The translations under genes and the position numbers were made by a program. A model generated the notes under the pieces. It worked only from the letters and a program-made list of their open reading frames with translations, ran no database searches and was not told where the DNA came from. From Gaiellales bacterium (lineage in GTDB: Bacteria > Actinomycetota > Thermoleophilia > Gaiellales > F1-60-MAGs149), in the NCBI GenBank assembly GCA_964203045.1, contig CAXNKU010000005.1:34117-98116 (forward strand): DNA of 64,000 bases. Reading direction: 5' to 3'. Positions 52,272-62,382 of this stretch are shown here, one piece after another; positions within the stretch are counted from its first letter, which is position 1; the number at the start of each line of letters is the position of its first letter.

Positions 52272-53066
52272 TCAGTCCTTCTCCCCGTCGGGGGTATCCG
52301 TCTTCGGCGGTGCAGCTTTCGGAGCGCGCTTACGCGGCGCAGCCGGCTTCTTCTCAGCGGTACCGTCAGCAGCCGCAGCCTTTGGCTTAGCGGGTGCCTT
52401 TGGCTTGGCGGGTGCCTTTGGCTTCGCAGCGGCCTTTGGCTTCGCAGCGGCCTTCGGCTTCGCAGCAGCGGCCTCAGTCGGCTCGGCCTTCGGCTTCGCA
52501 GGCGCCTTCGGCTTCGCAGCGGCCTTCGGCTTGGCTGCGGCCTTCGGCTTCTCAGCGACCTCAGCAGCGTCGGTAGCAACCTCTGCCCCATCGGCCTTCT
52601 GCGAGGCAGCAACACGCTTCGAGCGGGCGGAATCGCCAGCCTTCTTCGGCGCAACAGTCTCCGTCGTGCCATCGACCGTGGACTCGATCACTGTGCCGCC
52701 CGAAAGCGAGCGAAGCAGGATCGTGATGTGGGCCGTGCGCTTACGGATCTTGCTGGCGCGACCACGAGCACGTGGCTTAAAGCGCTTGATCGTGACGCCC
52801 TCGTTGGCGAACGCCTCGTGAATCACGAGATCGTCCGGCGAGAGGCCATGATTGACTTCGGCATTCGTGACGGCAGAGCGCAGCACGAGCTCGATGTCTT
52901 TGGCCACAGCACGTGGCGAGAACAGGAGCTGCTTGCGCGCGTCGATCACAGAACGACCGCGAATGTCCTCGAGCACGAGGCGAACCTTGCGGGCGGACGA
53001 GCGGACGTGACGCGCCTCGGCGCGGACCAGTCCGGTGTTCGCAAAGCTGAAGCGCTTATCAGCCAT
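52272..53066 (-). CDS. rplV: 50S ribosomal protein L22 with ~145-aa Ala/Lys/Pro-repeat C-terminal extension
   Basis: Internal ATG ([40 protein letters not shown]..) of ORF 52272..53213. The core ends near ..RTAHITILL. The tail contains (AKPKAA)n repeats. Confidence 0.92.
   Translation of the reverse strand: MADKRFSFANTGLVRAEARHVRSSARKVRLVLEDIRGRSVIDARKQLLFSPRAVAKDIELVLRSAVTNAEVNHGLSPDDLVIHEAFANEGVTIKRFKPRARGRASKIRKRTAHITILLRSLSGGTVIESTVDGTTETVAPKKAGDSARSKRVAASQKADGAEVATDAAEVAEKPKAAAKPKAAAKPKAPAKPKAEPTEAAAAKPKAAAKPKAAAKPKAPAKPKAPAKPKAAAADGTAEKKPAAPRKRAPKAAPPKTDTPDGEKD
52375..52555. repeat. 18-bp in-frame tandem repeats inside the L22 tail
   Basis: gcctttggcttNgcNgNg repeated about 9-10 times on the plus strand, giving (A)AKPKA(A/P) units on the minus strand. 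Boundaries are approximate. Confidence 0.7.
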
Positions 53067-53067
53067 C

Positions 53068-53346
53068 TCAGCCGCGCCTCGACTGCTTGTCGGCCACGTG
53101 GCCACGGTAGGTTCGCGTAGGAGCGAACTCGCCGAGCTTGTGACCGACCATGGACTCGGAAATGAAGACCGGCACATGCTTGCGGCCATCGTGAACCGCG
53201 ATCGTGTGACCAACCATCTCCGGGAAGATGGTCGACGCGCGCGACCAGGTCTTCAACATCTTGCGTTCCTTGGTGGCGTTCTGCTCTTCGATGCGCTTGA
53301 AGAGACGTTCGTCCACGTACGGACCCTTTTTCGACGATCGCGACAT
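53068..53346 (-). CDS. rpsS: 30S ribosomal protein S19
   Basis: 92 aa. [36 protein letters not shown]. Confidence 0.97.
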   Translation of the reverse strand: MSRSSKKGPYVDERLFKRIEEQNATKERKMLKTWSRASTIFPEMVGHTIAVHDGRKHVPVFISESMVGHKLGEFAPTRTYRGHVADKQSRRG

Positions 53347-54185
53347 TACTTGCGGCCCTTCCCTCGGCGCCGACCACGAACGATGTCAGCGGACGATGCC
53401 TTCTTCGGATCGCGGGTACGACGACCAAGCGTCGGCTTGCCCCACGGGGTGACGGGATGCGATCCCTTGCCCTTGCCCTCGCCACCACCATGTGGATGGT
53501 CGACAGGGTTCATTGCGGTACCACGAACGCCTGGGCGCTTGCCGGCCCAACGGGCGCGACCAGCCTTGCCACCGACTTCGTTCTCGTGCGTTGTGTTGCC
53601 GACCTGGCCGATCGTGGCGCGACACGTGGCCGGCACGCGGCGAAGCTCGCCGGACGGCAGACGCAGCAGAGCACTATCGCCTTCTTTGGCGACGAGCTGA
53701 GCGCTCGTGCCAGCGGAACGGCACATGCGGGCACCCTGGCCAGGACGCAACTCGACGCAATGCACCGTGGTGCCGGTCGGGATGTTGGCGAGTGGCAGAG
53801 CGTTGCCCGGCTTGATGTCAGCCTCGGGACCCGACGACACCATCGAGCCAACCTCAAGGTTGACCGGAGCGACGATGTAGGCCTTGGCGCCGTCCACGTA
53901 GTGGAGCAGAGCGATGCGGGCGGAACGATTCGGGTCGTACTCGATCGCGGCGACCTTTGCGGGCACGCCGTCCTTGAGTCGCTTGAAATCGATGATGCGA
54001 TAGCGGCGCTTATGGCCACCACCCTGATGACGCGTCGTGATGCGGCCGTTGTTGTTACGACCACCATGACGGTGAGTCGGAGCGAGCAGGCTCTTCTCCG
54101 GGGTCGACTTCGTCACTTCGGCGAAGTCGGACACGGTCATGAAGCGGCGACCTGGCGAGGTCGGGCGGAAAGATCGAACGCCCAT
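53346..54185 (-). CDS. rplB: 50S ribosomal protein L2
   Basis: 279 aa. ..[32 protein letters not shown]... Confidence 0.97.
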   Translation of the reverse strand: MGVRSFRPTSPGRRFMTVSDFAEVTKSTPEKSLLAPTHRHGGRNNNGRITTRHQGGGHKRRYRIIDFKRLKDGVPAKVAAIEYDPNRSARIALLHYVDGAKAYIVAPVNLEVGSMVSSGPEADIKPGNALPLANIPTGTTVHCVELRPGQGARMCRSAGTSAQLVAKEGDSALLRLPSGELRRVPATCRATIGQVGNTTHENEVGGKAGRARWAGKRPGVRGTAMNPVDHPHGGGEGKGKGSHPVTPWGKPTLGRRTRDPKKASSADIVRGRRRGKGRK

Positions 54186-54487
54186 TATGCAACTCCCTCA
54201 AAGATCGGAATGGACTGGCCCTCGGCGAGCTTGACGATCGCCTTCTTGCCACCAGGACGAATGCCCTGGAACTGGCCGCGGCGCTTCGGCTTGCTCGGCA
54301 CCTTGATGATGTGCACGTCGACCACGTTGACGTTGAAGATCTCCTCAACGGCCTGACGGATCTGCGTCTTATGCGCATCGGGATGCACGCGGAACGTGTA
54401 CTTGCCGTCCTCGGTCAACGAGTAGCTCTTCTCGCTCACGACGGGTGCGAGGAGCACGGCGTGCGCGTCGGGTGTGGTCGACTTCAT
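54185..54487 (-). CDS. rplW: 50S ribosomal protein L23
   Basis: 100 aa. ..[40 protein letters not shown]... Confidence 0.95.
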   Translation of the reverse strand: MKSTTPDAHAVLLAPVVSEKSYSLTEDGKYTFRVHPDAHKTQIRQAVEEIFNVNVVDVHIIKVPSKPKRRGQFQGIRPGGKKAIVKLAEGQSIPIFEGVA

Positions 54488-55125
54488 GCCGTCACCTCAT
54501 CCTTGGTCGGTGCGGACTCGAGAGACTGCACGATCTCTGCCAGGGCCTGCTTCGAAACGAGCAGCCGGCGGGCCCACAGGAGGTCGGTCAGACCAACCTC
54601 GACGGGCGTCAAAACGGACGAGCGCGGAATGTTGCGGAAGGACAGTGCTGCGGCCTCTTCCTCGGAGCCGACGACGACGACGAGCGACGCGTCGCTCCAA
54701 CCCTCGACGAGGCGCAAGGCGTCCTTGGTCTTAGGAGCGGAGAACTGGTCGGCCTCGAAGACGCCAATCGTGCCGGCGCCCGCGTGCTGACTAAAGCCCA
54801 TGCAGCGAGCCTTCTTATAGGCCTTCTTGTTGACCTTGACCGCGTAGGAACGCGGCTGCGGGCCGAAGACGACGCCACCACCGGTGAACTGGGCAGCACG
54901 TGTCGTACCCTGGCGGGCGCGGCCGGTGCCCTTCTGACGGAACGGCTTGGCACGTCCACCCTTGACCATTGCGCGGGTCTTGGTGGCGTGGGTGCCCTGA
55001 CGACGGCCAGCGGCCTCCGCCTTGGCGACCTCGTGCAGCAGGCCGGGAGCAACGTCAACAGCGAAGACGCTAGCGGGCAGCGGGACAGTGCCCTTGCCGC
55101 CAATGATGGGAGCAGTTAGCGCCAT
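54484..55125 (-). CDS. rplD: 50S ribosomal protein L4
   Basis: 213 aa. ..RQGTHATKTRAMVKGGRAKPFRQKGTGRARQGT... Confidence 0.97.
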   Translation of the reverse strand: MALTAPIIGGKGTVPLPASVFAVDVAPGLLHEVAKAEAAGRRQGTHATKTRAMVKGGRAKPFRQKGTGRARQGTTRAAQFTGGGVVFGPQPRSYAVKVNKKAYKKARCMGFSQHAGAGTIGVFEADQFSAPKTKDALRLVEGWSDASLVVVVGSEEEAAALSFRNIPRSSVLTPVEVGLTDLLWARRLLVSKQALAEIVQSLESAPTKDEVTA

Positions 55126-55126
55126 C

Positions 55127-55744
55127 TCAGTGCACGTCCTCTCGGATTTCGACGAGCGAACCCTTGGGCCCCGGAATCGCGCCCGAGACGAGCAGCACGT
55201 TGCGGGTCGGATCGACGTCGATGATGGTCAGGCCGCGCTGCGTGATGCGCTTGTTGCCCATCTGCCCAGCCATGCGCTTGCCCTTGAACACGCGGGACGG
55301 CCACGCCGACTGACCAATCGAGCCAGGGGCACGCACGTTGTGCGAGCCGTGGCTGACGGGGCCGCGGCTGAAGCCGTGGCGCTTAATCGTGCCTGCGAAA
55401 CCCTTACCGACGCTGGTGCCCGAAACCTTGACGTGATCGCCAGGGCCAAACACACCAACGGTCACGGCCTCGCCAACGGCGAGGTCGGTCGTACCGCGGA
55501 ACTCCGTCAGATGACGATGCGGTCCGACGCCGGCCTTCTTAAAATGGCCGGCTTCCGGCTTGGAAAGATCCGTCAGATCAACTGTGTGGTACGCGAGCTG
55601 AACACCGTCGTACCCATCGATGTCAAGCGTGCGCACACCGACGATCGGGCAGGGGCCCGCCTCAATCACGGTCACGGCCAAGCGCGCGCCATCCTCCGTG
55701 AAGAGCTGGGTCATACCCAGTTTGCGTCCGATGATTGCTTTCAT
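55127..55744 (-). CDS. rplC: 50S ribosomal protein L3
   Basis: 205 aa. MKAIIGRKLGMTQLFTEDG..GKGFAGTIKRHGFSRGPVSHGS... Confidence 0.97.
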   Translation of the reverse strand: MKAIIGRKLGMTQLFTEDGARLAVTVIEAGPCPIVGVRTLDIDGYDGVQLAYHTVDLTDLSKPEAGHFKKAGVGPHRHLTEFRGTTDLAVGEAVTVGVFGPGDHVKVSGTSVGKGFAGTIKRHGFSRGPVSHGSHNVRAPGSIGQSAWPSRVFKGKRMAGQMGNKRITQRGLTIIDVDPTRNVLLVSGAIPGPKGSLVEIREDVH

Positions 55745-55747
55745 GAT

Positions 55748-56056
55748 CTAGAGCTTGATCTCGATGTCGATGCCGGCTGGCAGATCAAGTCGCATCAGCG
55801 AGTCGACCGTCTTGGGCGTGGGGGAATGAATGTCAATCAACCGCTTGTGGGTGCGGATCTCGAAGTGTTCCCGCGAATCCTTGTCCTTGAACGGAGATCG
55901 GATCACGCAGTAGACGTTCTTCTCGGTCGGCAACGGCACAGGGCCGGAGACGGTCGCGCCGGAGCGCACCGCCGTCTCGACGATGTCCTTTGCCGACCGA
56001 TCCAGCGTCTGGTGGTCGTAGCCCTTAAGGCGGATGCGGATTTTCTGCTCAGCCAA
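55748..56056 (-). CDS. rpsJ: 30S ribosomal protein S10
   Basis: 102 aa. [43 protein letters not shown]. Starts only 5 nt after the tuf stop. Confidence 0.97.
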   Translation of the reverse strand: MAEQKIRIRLKGYDHQTLDRSAKDIVETAVRSGATVSGPVPLPTEKNVYCVIRSPFKDKDSREHFEIRTHKRLIDIHSPTPKTVDSLMRLDLPAGIDIEIKL

Positions 56057-56061
56057 TTGAG

Positions 56062-57249
56062 TTACTTGATGATCTTCGTGACGACGCCGGCGCCGACGGT
56101 GCGGCCACCTTCGCGGATTGCGAAGCGGAGGCCCTCGTCCATGGCGATCGGCTGAATCAGCTCGACCTTGATCGACGTGCGGTCACCAGGCAGGCAGATG
56201 TCCGTGCCTTCAGGCAGGACAACGGAGCCGGTGACGTCCGTCGTGCGGAAGTAGAACTGTGGGCGGTAGCCCGAGAGGAAACGCGTGTGACGGCCACCCT
56301 CTTCCTTCGTGAGGACGTAGATGTCCGCCTCGAAGTCAGTGTGCGGGGTGATCGAACCGGGCTTCGACAGAACCTGACCGCGCTCGACGTCCTCGCGCTT
56401 GAGGCCACGAACGAGGCAGCCAGCGTTGTCGCCAGCTTCGCCACGATCAAGATCCTTGTTGAACATCTCGACGCCGGTAACGGTCGTCTTCTGCGTGTCG
56501 CGGAGGCCCACGATCTCGACTTCGTCACCGACAGTGACGACGCCCTTCTCGATGCGGCCCGTAACGACGGTGCCACGACCGGTGATCGTGAAGACGTCCT
56601 CGATTGCCATCAGGAGCGGCTTGTCCGTGTCACGGACGGGCTCCGGAATGTAGGAGTCGACGGCGTTCATCAATTCCACGATCGACTCGGTCCACTTCTC
56701 GTCGCCCTCGAGCGCCTTCAGAGCGGAAACCTGAATCACCGGAATGTCGTCACCCGGGAACTCGTACTTGGAGAGCAACTCGCGAACCTCGAGCTCGACG
56801 AGCTCGAGCATCTCGGGATCGTCCACCATGTCGGCCTTGTTGAGGGCGACAACGATGTACGGCACGCCGACCTGGCGGGCCAGGAGGATGTGCTCGCGCG
56901 TCTGCGGCATCGGGCCGTCAGCAGCGGACACGACCAGGATTGCGCCGTCCATCTGGGCGGCACCCGTGATCATGTTCTTGATGTAGTCGGCATGGCCCGG
57001 GCAATCGACGTGGGCGTAGTGACGCGCCTCGGTCTCATACTCAACGTGCGCGGTGTTAATCGTGATGCCGCGCTCGCGCTCCTCGGGAGCATTGTCAATC
57101 GATGCAAAGTCACGGACGGCGCCGGTGCCATTACGCTCGGCAAGGACCTTCGTGATTGCAGCGGTCAACGTCGTCTTGCCATGGTCGATGTGACCGATGG
57201 TGCCGACATTGAGATGGGGCTTGTTTCGCTCGAACTTCTGCTTGGACAT
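56062..57249 (-). CDS. tuf: elongation factor Tu
   Basis: 395 aa. [22 protein letters not shown] motifs. Confidence 0.99.
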   Translation of the reverse strand: MSKQKFERNKPHLNVGTIGHIDHGKTTLTAAITKVLAERNGTGAVRDFASIDNAPEERERGITINTAHVEYETEARHYAHVDCPGHADYIKNMITGAAQMDGAILVVSAADGPMPQTREHILLARQVGVPYIVVALNKADMVDDPEMLELVELEVRELLSKYEFPGDDIPVIQVSALKALEGDEKWTESIVELMNAVDSYIPEPVRDTDKPLLMAIEDVFTITGRGTVVTGRIEKGVVTVGDEVEIVGLRDTQKTTVTGVEMFNKDLDRGEAGDNAGCLVRGLKREDVERGQVLSKPGSITPHTDFEADIYVLTKEEGGRHTRFLSGYRPQFYFRTTDVTGSVVLPEGTDICLPGDRTSIKVELIQPIAMDEGLRFAIREGGRTVGAGVVTKIIK

Positions 57250-57327
57250 TATCTTCTCCCGGGTTCCCTGGGCTGGTGCGGTTGGTCTGGTTCTGGTGGA
57301 CTGAGATAGTGGACTAGAGGTGGCCGG

Positions 57328-59439
57328 TTAGGCCTTCGCCGTAATCGTTTCGGCGATGTTCTTCGGCACTTCCTCGTAATGCAGGAACTGCATGGTGTAC
57401 GTTGCGCGGCCCTGCGAGAGGGAGCGCGAGTCGGTCGCGTAGCCGAACATTTCCGACAACGGGACGCGAGCGGTGATGACCTGGGCGTTGCCGCGGGGCT
57501 CCATGCCCTCAACGCGGCCACGACGACTGTTGAGGTCGCCGATCACGTCGCCCATGTACTCCTCGGGGGTCACAACTTCGACCGTGAAGATCGGCTCGAG
57601 CAGCGCGGAGTCACCGCGGCGCAGACCCTCCTTGAGGGCCATCGAGCCAGCAATCTTGAAGGCCATTTCCGAGGAGTCAACATCGTGGAAGGTGCCGTCG
57701 ATCAGCTGCACCTTGACGTCGACGACGGGGAAGCCTGCAATGACGCCCGTGTTGAGCGCCTCGCGGGCACCTTCGCCGACAGCCTTGTGGTACTCCTTCG
57801 GCACGACGCCGCCGACGATCTTGCTCTCGAACGAGAAGCCTGCACCCGGCTCGGCGCGCTCAACGCGCAACCAGACGTCGCCGTACTGGCCACGACCACC
57901 GGACTGGCGCACAAACTTGCCTTGGACCTTCTCGACGTTCTTGCGAATCGTCTCGCGGTACGCGACCTGCGGCTTACCAACGTTGGCGTCGACGGCGAAC
58001 TCGCGCATCAGACGGTCAACGATGATCTCGAGGTGAAGCTCGCCCATGCCAGCGATCAGCGTCTGGCCCGTCTCTTCGTCAGTCTTGACGCGGAACGTGG
58101 GGTCTTCTTCCGAAAGACGCTGCAGTGCGGTGGCGAGCTTGTCTTGGTCGGCCTTCGTCTTCGGCTCGACTGCGACCTCGATCACGGGCTCGGGGAAGAT
58201 GATCGACTCGAGCAAGACTGGCTGCTTCTCGTCGCACAGCGTGTCACCGGTCGTGGTCGACTTGAGGCCGACGGCTGCGGCGATCTCGCCGGCACCAACC
58301 TCGTCGCGCTCCTCGCGGTGGTTGGCGTGCATCTGGAGGATGCGGCCAACGCGCTCCTTCTTGTCCGTCGACGAGTTGTAGATCGGCGACCCGGCGCTGA
58401 GCCGGCCGGAATAGACGCGGAAGTAGGTCAGCTTGCCGACGAACGGATCGCTCATCACCTTGAAGGCGAGGGCGGCGAAGGGTGCATCGAGGGTGGCTTC
58501 GCGGATGACTTCTTCGTCCGAGCGCGGCTTTGTACCGGTGACGGGCGGAATGTCGAGCGGGCTCGGCAGGTAGGCGATAACGGCGTCGAGCATCTGCTGG
58601 ACACCCTTGTTCTTAAAGGCCGAGCCGCACAAGAGCGGCGTGATCGACAGGTCGAGCGTCGCAGCGCGAATCGCGCTGATCAGGTCGTTGTTGTCGACTG
58701 GCTGATCCTCAAGGAAGGCCATCATGATGTCTTCGTTGTGGTCGGCGACGGCTTCGATCAGCTCGTGGCGGGCAGCGGTAGCGGCGGCCAGCAGGTCGCC
58801 CTCTGGCTCGGACTCGGTCCAAGAAAGACCGCGGTCGTCGATATCGAAGTTGATCGCCACCATGCGCACGAGGTCGACCATGCCGGAAAAGCTGTCCTCG
58901 GCACCGATCGGGATCTGGATAGCAACCGGATTAGCTCCGAGGCGATCGATGATTGTGGACTTGACGTACGCGAAGTCGGCGCCAACGCGATCCATCTTGT
59001 TGACGAAGGCGATGCGCGGCACGCTGTACTTGTCGGCTTGGCGCCAGACGGTCTCGGACTGGGGCTGAACACCAGCAACAGAGTCGAAGACGGCGACAGC
59101 ACCATCGAGCACGCGCAACGAGCGCTCCACTTCAACGGTGAAGTCCACGTGCCCGGGTGTATCGATGATGTTGATGCGATGACTGCTCCACAGCGCCGTC
59201 GTGGCAGCCGAGGTAATCGTGATGCCGCGCTCTTGCTCCTGGACCATCCAGTCCATGGTTGCGCCACCCTCGTGCACCTCGCCCAACTTGTGGGTGCGGC
59301 CCGTGTAGAACAGGACGCGCTCGGTGACGGTGGTCTTGCCCGCATCGATGTGGGCCATGATGCCGATGTTGCGGTACAGGTCCAACTGGTCGGCGCGCGG
59401 GGCGGAGGACTCAGTCTGTGTCTCGATAACGGTAGTCAT
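57328..59439 (-). CDS. fusA: elongation factor G
   Basis: 703 aa. [21 protein letters not shown] motifs. Full five-domain length. Confidence 0.99.
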   Translation of the reverse strand: MTTVIETQTESSAPRADQLDLYRNIGIMAHIDAGKTTVTERVLFYTGRTHKLGEVHEGGATMDWMVQEQERGITITSAATTALWSSHRINIIDTPGHVDFTVEVERSLRVLDGAVAVFDSVAGVQPQSETVWRQADKYSVPRIAFVNKMDRVGADFAYVKSTIIDRLGANPVAIQIPIGAEDSFSGMVDLVRMVAINFDIDDRGLSWTESEPEGDLLAAATAARHELIEAVADHNEDIMMAFLEDQPVDNNDLISAIRAATLDLSITPLLCGSAFKNKGVQQMLDAVIAYLPSPLDIPPVTGTKPRSDEEVIREATLDAPFAALAFKVMSDPFVGKLTYFRVYSGRLSAGSPIYNSSTDKKERVGRILQMHANHREERDEVGAGEIAAAVGLKSTTTGDTLCDEKQPVLLESIIFPEPVIEVAVEPKTKADQDKLATALQRLSEEDPTFRVKTDEETGQTLIAGMGELHLEIIVDRLMREFAVDANVGKPQVAYRETIRKNVEKVQGKFVRQSGGRGQYGDVWLRVERAEPGAGFSFESKIVGGVVPKEYHKAVGEGAREALNTGVIAGFPVVDVKVQLIDGTFHDVDSSEMAFKIAGSMALKEGLRRGDSALLEPIFTVEVVTPEEYMGDVIGDLNSRRGRVEGMEPRGNAQVITARVPLSEMFGYATDSRSLSQGRATYTMQFLHYEEVPKNIAETITAKA

Positions 59440-59444
59440 GTCAA

Positions 59445-59915
59445 TTACCAGCGGTAGTGCGCGAAGGCCTTATTGGCTTGCGCCATTCGGTAGATGTCGT
59501 CCTTGCGCTTGAACGCGCCACCCTGCTGATTCGTTGCCTCCAGAATCTCAGCGGCAAGGCGCTCATGCGAGCCGCGCTCACGGCGCTGACGGGCGAACGT
59601 GACAATCCAGCGGATTGCCAGCGTACGGGCGCGACGAACAGGGACCTCAACAGGAACCTGGTAGTTCGCACCACCGACGCGGCGGCTGCGGGTCTCCAAG
59701 ACGGGCGTGACGGACTTGATTGCCTGGTCGAGCACCTCAAGCGGATCGCGGCCGGACTTCTCACCAACGATGGTGAGGGCGCCGTACACGATGCTCTCAG
59801 CGGTCGAACGCTTGCCGTCAAGCATCACCTTGTTGATCACCTGGGTGACCAGCGTCGATCCGTAGACCGGATCGGGAATCAGCTCGCGGGGGACAATGTC
59901 TGCTCGGCGTGGCAT
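59445..59915 (-). CDS. rpsG: 30S ribosomal protein S7
   Basis: Internal ATG ([20 protein letters not shown]..) of ORF 59445..59984. Ends ..NKAFAHYRW. Confidence 0.97.
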   Translation of the reverse strand: MPRRADIVPRELIPDPVYGSTLVTQVINKVMLDGKRSTAESIVYGALTIVGEKSGRDPLEVLDQAIKSVTPVLETRSRRVGGANYQVPVEVPVRRARTLAIRWIVTFARQRRERGSHERLAAEILEATNQQGGAFKRKDDIYRMAQANKAFAHYRW

Positions 59916-59919
59916 AGCT

Positions 59920-60289
59920 CTACGACTTCTTTGCGCCGTACTTGGAGCGAGCCTGCTTGCGATCAGCAACGCCGGATGTATCAAGTGCTGCCCGTACGAC
60001 CTTGTAGCGGATGCCTGGGAGATCCTTCACACGACCACCGCGGACGAGCACAATCGGAGTGCTCCTGCAGGTTGTGGCCGATGCCGGGGATGTAGGCGGT
60101 GACTTCCATGCCGTTCGAGAGTCGGACGCGGGCAACCTTACGAAGCGCCGAGTTCGGCTTCTTCGGGGTTGTCGTGTAGACGCGCGTGCAGACGCCACGC
60201 TTCTGCGGGGCACCCTTCAACGCGGGTGTCTTCGACTTCGACTTCTCTGGCGTGCGCGGCTTGCGCACGAGCTGATTGATAGTGGGCAT
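59920..60289 (-). pseudogene. rpsL: 30S ribosomal protein S12 gene, one extra base breaks the frame as sequenced (probably sequence error)
   Basis: ORF 59981..60289 gives [78 protein letters not shown], then nonsense. ORF 59920..60213 ends with the rest, [44 protein letters not shown]. Junction cactccGattgtg lies near 60055. Confidence 0.9.
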
Positions 60290-60537
60290 GGACCTCGAAG
60301 TCCGGTTGGGGTTGGCGCCCGAAGACGCACGTGTACGAGTGCGACCAAAGTCGCAGCCCGAGAACCTTACGGCACCTCAGCAAAAGCGCCAAACGACAAC
60401 CGTCACCCACGACGGGCCGGATCCGTTCTGGACGTGTCTTACAGCCAAGACTCCGAGGATTCATGACTGTCTGTGTGTAAACGGAGGTATACGCGATACG
60501 TCGGACGGAATCTTCCCACCACCTGCGTTACTGATCG

Positions 60538-61488
60538 TCACGGCGTCAGCAATTGCAGTCCCAGCGACGTGCGTTGACCATTTCCGAGCACTTGGATTGC
60601 CTCGCCCGAGGTCTGAATCACAGCAATTCCGACGGAGTCGCCGGCAGACAATCTGAGTATCGTCGAGACATTCAGCTCTGACGGTTGGCCCCCGGCATTG
60701 ACCGCACTCTGTTGCTCACCGGCAAACGGGTTCGCCGGATCGCCCGCAGGAATGATCCAGATGCCACGCGTCCCCGAGCCATTGTTCTGGAACAAGACAC
60801 CGCCCGTGACGGCGTAGATACCGGTCACGGGCGCTCGCATCTGAGCCGGCTGACCGGTCGACCAAACACCGTCCCGGTTGTAGGCGGCATCGGTCAGAGC
60901 GATCTCGGTCACGACGCCGCTCGCAATGCTGATCGGAGCCGCCCGATAGGCACGGGCTCCCGGCAGCGGCGCTAGTTCAGAGACGCCGACCGCGCCGGCT
61001 GCAATCTCGCTCGACCCTACCCCACCCTTGGCAAGTTGATCCCGACCAATACTGTTCGCCGCGATCTTATTCGGCCCGATCGAGCCATCAGCGATGTCCG
61101 ATGCGCGCACCGCCCCCGCTGCGAGCTCGGCCGAGCCGACGGCACCAGCGGCAAGCTCCGCGCTACCAACCGCGCCTGTCGCAATTGCAGAGGCCTTAAC
61201 GCTGCCGACAGCAAGACCCGGCCGTGGATAGGTTCCAGTGAGGACACCCCCCGCTTTGATCCCTGCCAGATTCGCTCGGGCGACCTGGCCGCGCTTAAAC
61301 GCGGTGTAGAGCAGCGTTCCTTTGTGAATCTTGGCGTTCGTGACAGCGCCATTCTTGATATTGCCCGTACCAATCGTCGCCTTGACCGCCCGCGCACCGG
61401 CGTCAGTCAGCGCGGGCAGTGCGACGGCGCCGATCACCGCCGCCACTACGAGAGTCAGTACTCCACGCCGTCGTCCAGTGCACTTCAC
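60538..61488 (-). CDS. membrane-anchored repeat protein with C-terminal C1q/TNF-like jelly-roll domain (fibre-like surface protein)
   Basis: GTG 61488 within ORF 60538..61590; the first 34 codons of the ORF are translated repeat DNA. The product has an N-terminal TM (VLTLVVAAVIGAVALPAL) followed by ~10-aa periodic repeats (IATGAVGSAEL AAGAVGSAEL AAGAVRASDI ADGSIGPNKI AANSIGRDQL AKGGVGSSEI AAGAVGVSEL). Next comes ..APVTGIYAVTGGVLFQNN..ILRLSAGDSVGIAV..TSLGLQLL, which resembles the C1q head pattern. GC is lower than in the neighbouring genes. Confidence 0.65.
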   Translation of the reverse strand: MKCTGRRRGVLTLVVAAVIGAVALPALTDAGARAVKATIGTGNIKNGAVTNAKIHKGTLLYTAFKRGQVARANLAGIKAGGVLTGTYPRPGLAVGSVKASAIATGAVGSAELAAGAVGSAELAAGAVRASDIADGSIGPNKIAANSIGRDQLAKGGVGSSEIAAGAVGVSELAPLPGARAYRAAPISIASGVVTEIALTDAAYNRDGVWSTGQPAQMRAPVTGIYAVTGGVLFQNNGSGTRGIWIIPAGDPANPFAGEQQSAVNAGGQPSELNVSTILRLSAGDSVGIAVIQTSGEAIQVLGNGQRTSLGLQLLTP

Positions 61489-61554
61489 TGTGAGCCTCCC
61501 GATTGTGATGCCACCGAGTCTGACGATATTGGCGACCGCGAGCAAGCCCCGCCT

Positions 61555-61722
61555 CGATTGTCCAGAAGGGGTCAGGCACGATCTGGACATTTGATCGACG
61601 AGCTAGCTCGTCATCGAATGTCCAGATCGTGCCTGACCTTCTGGACAATCGACTCATATTCACGCTCGTCCGTAGTCGACAGCCAATGTCCAGATCGTGC
61701 CTGACCCCTTCTGGACAATCGA
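61555..61722. repeat. family B hairpin cluster: ~97-bp palindrome (two inverted units around a central GACGAGCTAGCTCGTC hairpin) plus a third unit
   Basis: Unit = (c)gaTTGTCCAGA aggggtcaggcacga TCTGGACAtt. Units lie at 61557-61591 (+), 61617-61650 (inverted, loop lacks GG) and 61685-61722 (inverted). Anchored on ORF starts 61590 and 61697. Lies in the divergent region between the fibre-like gene and the redoxin gene. Confidence 0.9.
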
Positions 61723-61791
61723 TACTCACAAACAGAAGGCCCTGTTGTCGCCTGCGCGGGCCAGCGGCACGAGCCCTGCGATAGTGGGGGC

Positions 61792-62310
61792 ATGGACTTC
61801 CCCGACATCACCCTCCCCCGCGCCGGTGGCGGCACCGTCGCTCGCGCAGACCTCGTCGGGCGGCCGTGGATTGTCTACCTCTCGCGCCACCTCGGCTGCT
61901 CGGTGTGTCAGCGTCACCTCCGCCGCTCGGTGGAGACCAAGACCGCGATTCGTGCGGCCGGTGCTGATCTACTCGTCGTGCTGCCAACGTCGCCAGGACG
62001 TGCGGAAGGCTGGCAGCAGTCGAACAATGCGCAGAATGTCACGGTGATCGGCGACGAGGACTGCGCGCTCTACCACGCACTCAACATCGGCCGTGGTACG
62101 CCGCGGAAACTCCTGCTCGACCCACGGTCGTGGCGCGAGGCAACCGGCGAGCTGCTGCACGGGCACTTCCCGTCGAAGCACCGTGGCGCCGACGGCTTCC
62201 AACTCGGCGCCGACCTGGTCCTCGATGCCGAGGGGCGCATCGTCTTCATTCACCGGCCGGCGACGGCAGCAGATCGCATCCCCGTTGAGCAACTGCTCAG
62301 GTACGTCTAA
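61792..62310 (+). CDS. AhpC/TSA-family redoxin-like protein
   Basis: 172 aa. ..FPDITLPRAGGGTVARADLVGRPWIVYLSRHLGCSVCQRHL.. (thioredoxin-fold N-terminus with CxxC) ..GADLVLDAEGRIVFIH... Confidence 0.7.
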   Translation: MDFPDITLPRAGGGTVARADLVGRPWIVYLSRHLGCSVCQRHLRRSVETKTAIRAAGADLLVVLPTSPGRAEGWQQSNNAQNVTVIGDEDCALYHALNIGRGTPRKLLLDPRSWREATGELLHGHFPSKHRGADGFQLGADLVLDAEGRIVFIHRPATAADRIPVEQLLRYV

Positions 62311-62320
62311 GACCTAAACG

Positions 62321-62363
62321 GGATCAGCTTTGCTTTGGGGTCAGGCCCTGATGCAAAGCGCGC
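62321..62363. repeat. hairpin related to the 32824 palindrome (shared ATCARCTTTGCTTTGGGGTC)
   Basis: ggatcaGCTTTGCtttggggtcaggccctgatGCAAAGCgcgc. 7-bp stem, loop carrying GGGGTCAGGCCC. Lies 11 nt after the redoxin stop. Confidence 0.8.
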
Positions 62364-62382
62364 GCGAAGTGGCCCCACGCCT

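Noticed and set aside
60290-60537. Long (248 nt) untranslated region upstream of rpsL as a possible ncRNA or riboswitch.
   Set aside because: I could not fold a convincing conserved structure or recognise any known leader by eye, and found no confident promoter hexamers. It is left as part of the junction insert finding.
61489-61590. Longest-ORF start (61590) for the fibre-like protein.
   Set aside because: The first 34 codons are encoded by family B repeat unit 1 and give no signal-like sequence. The GTG at 61488 is followed directly by a basic stretch and a TM helix. The start remains unverified.
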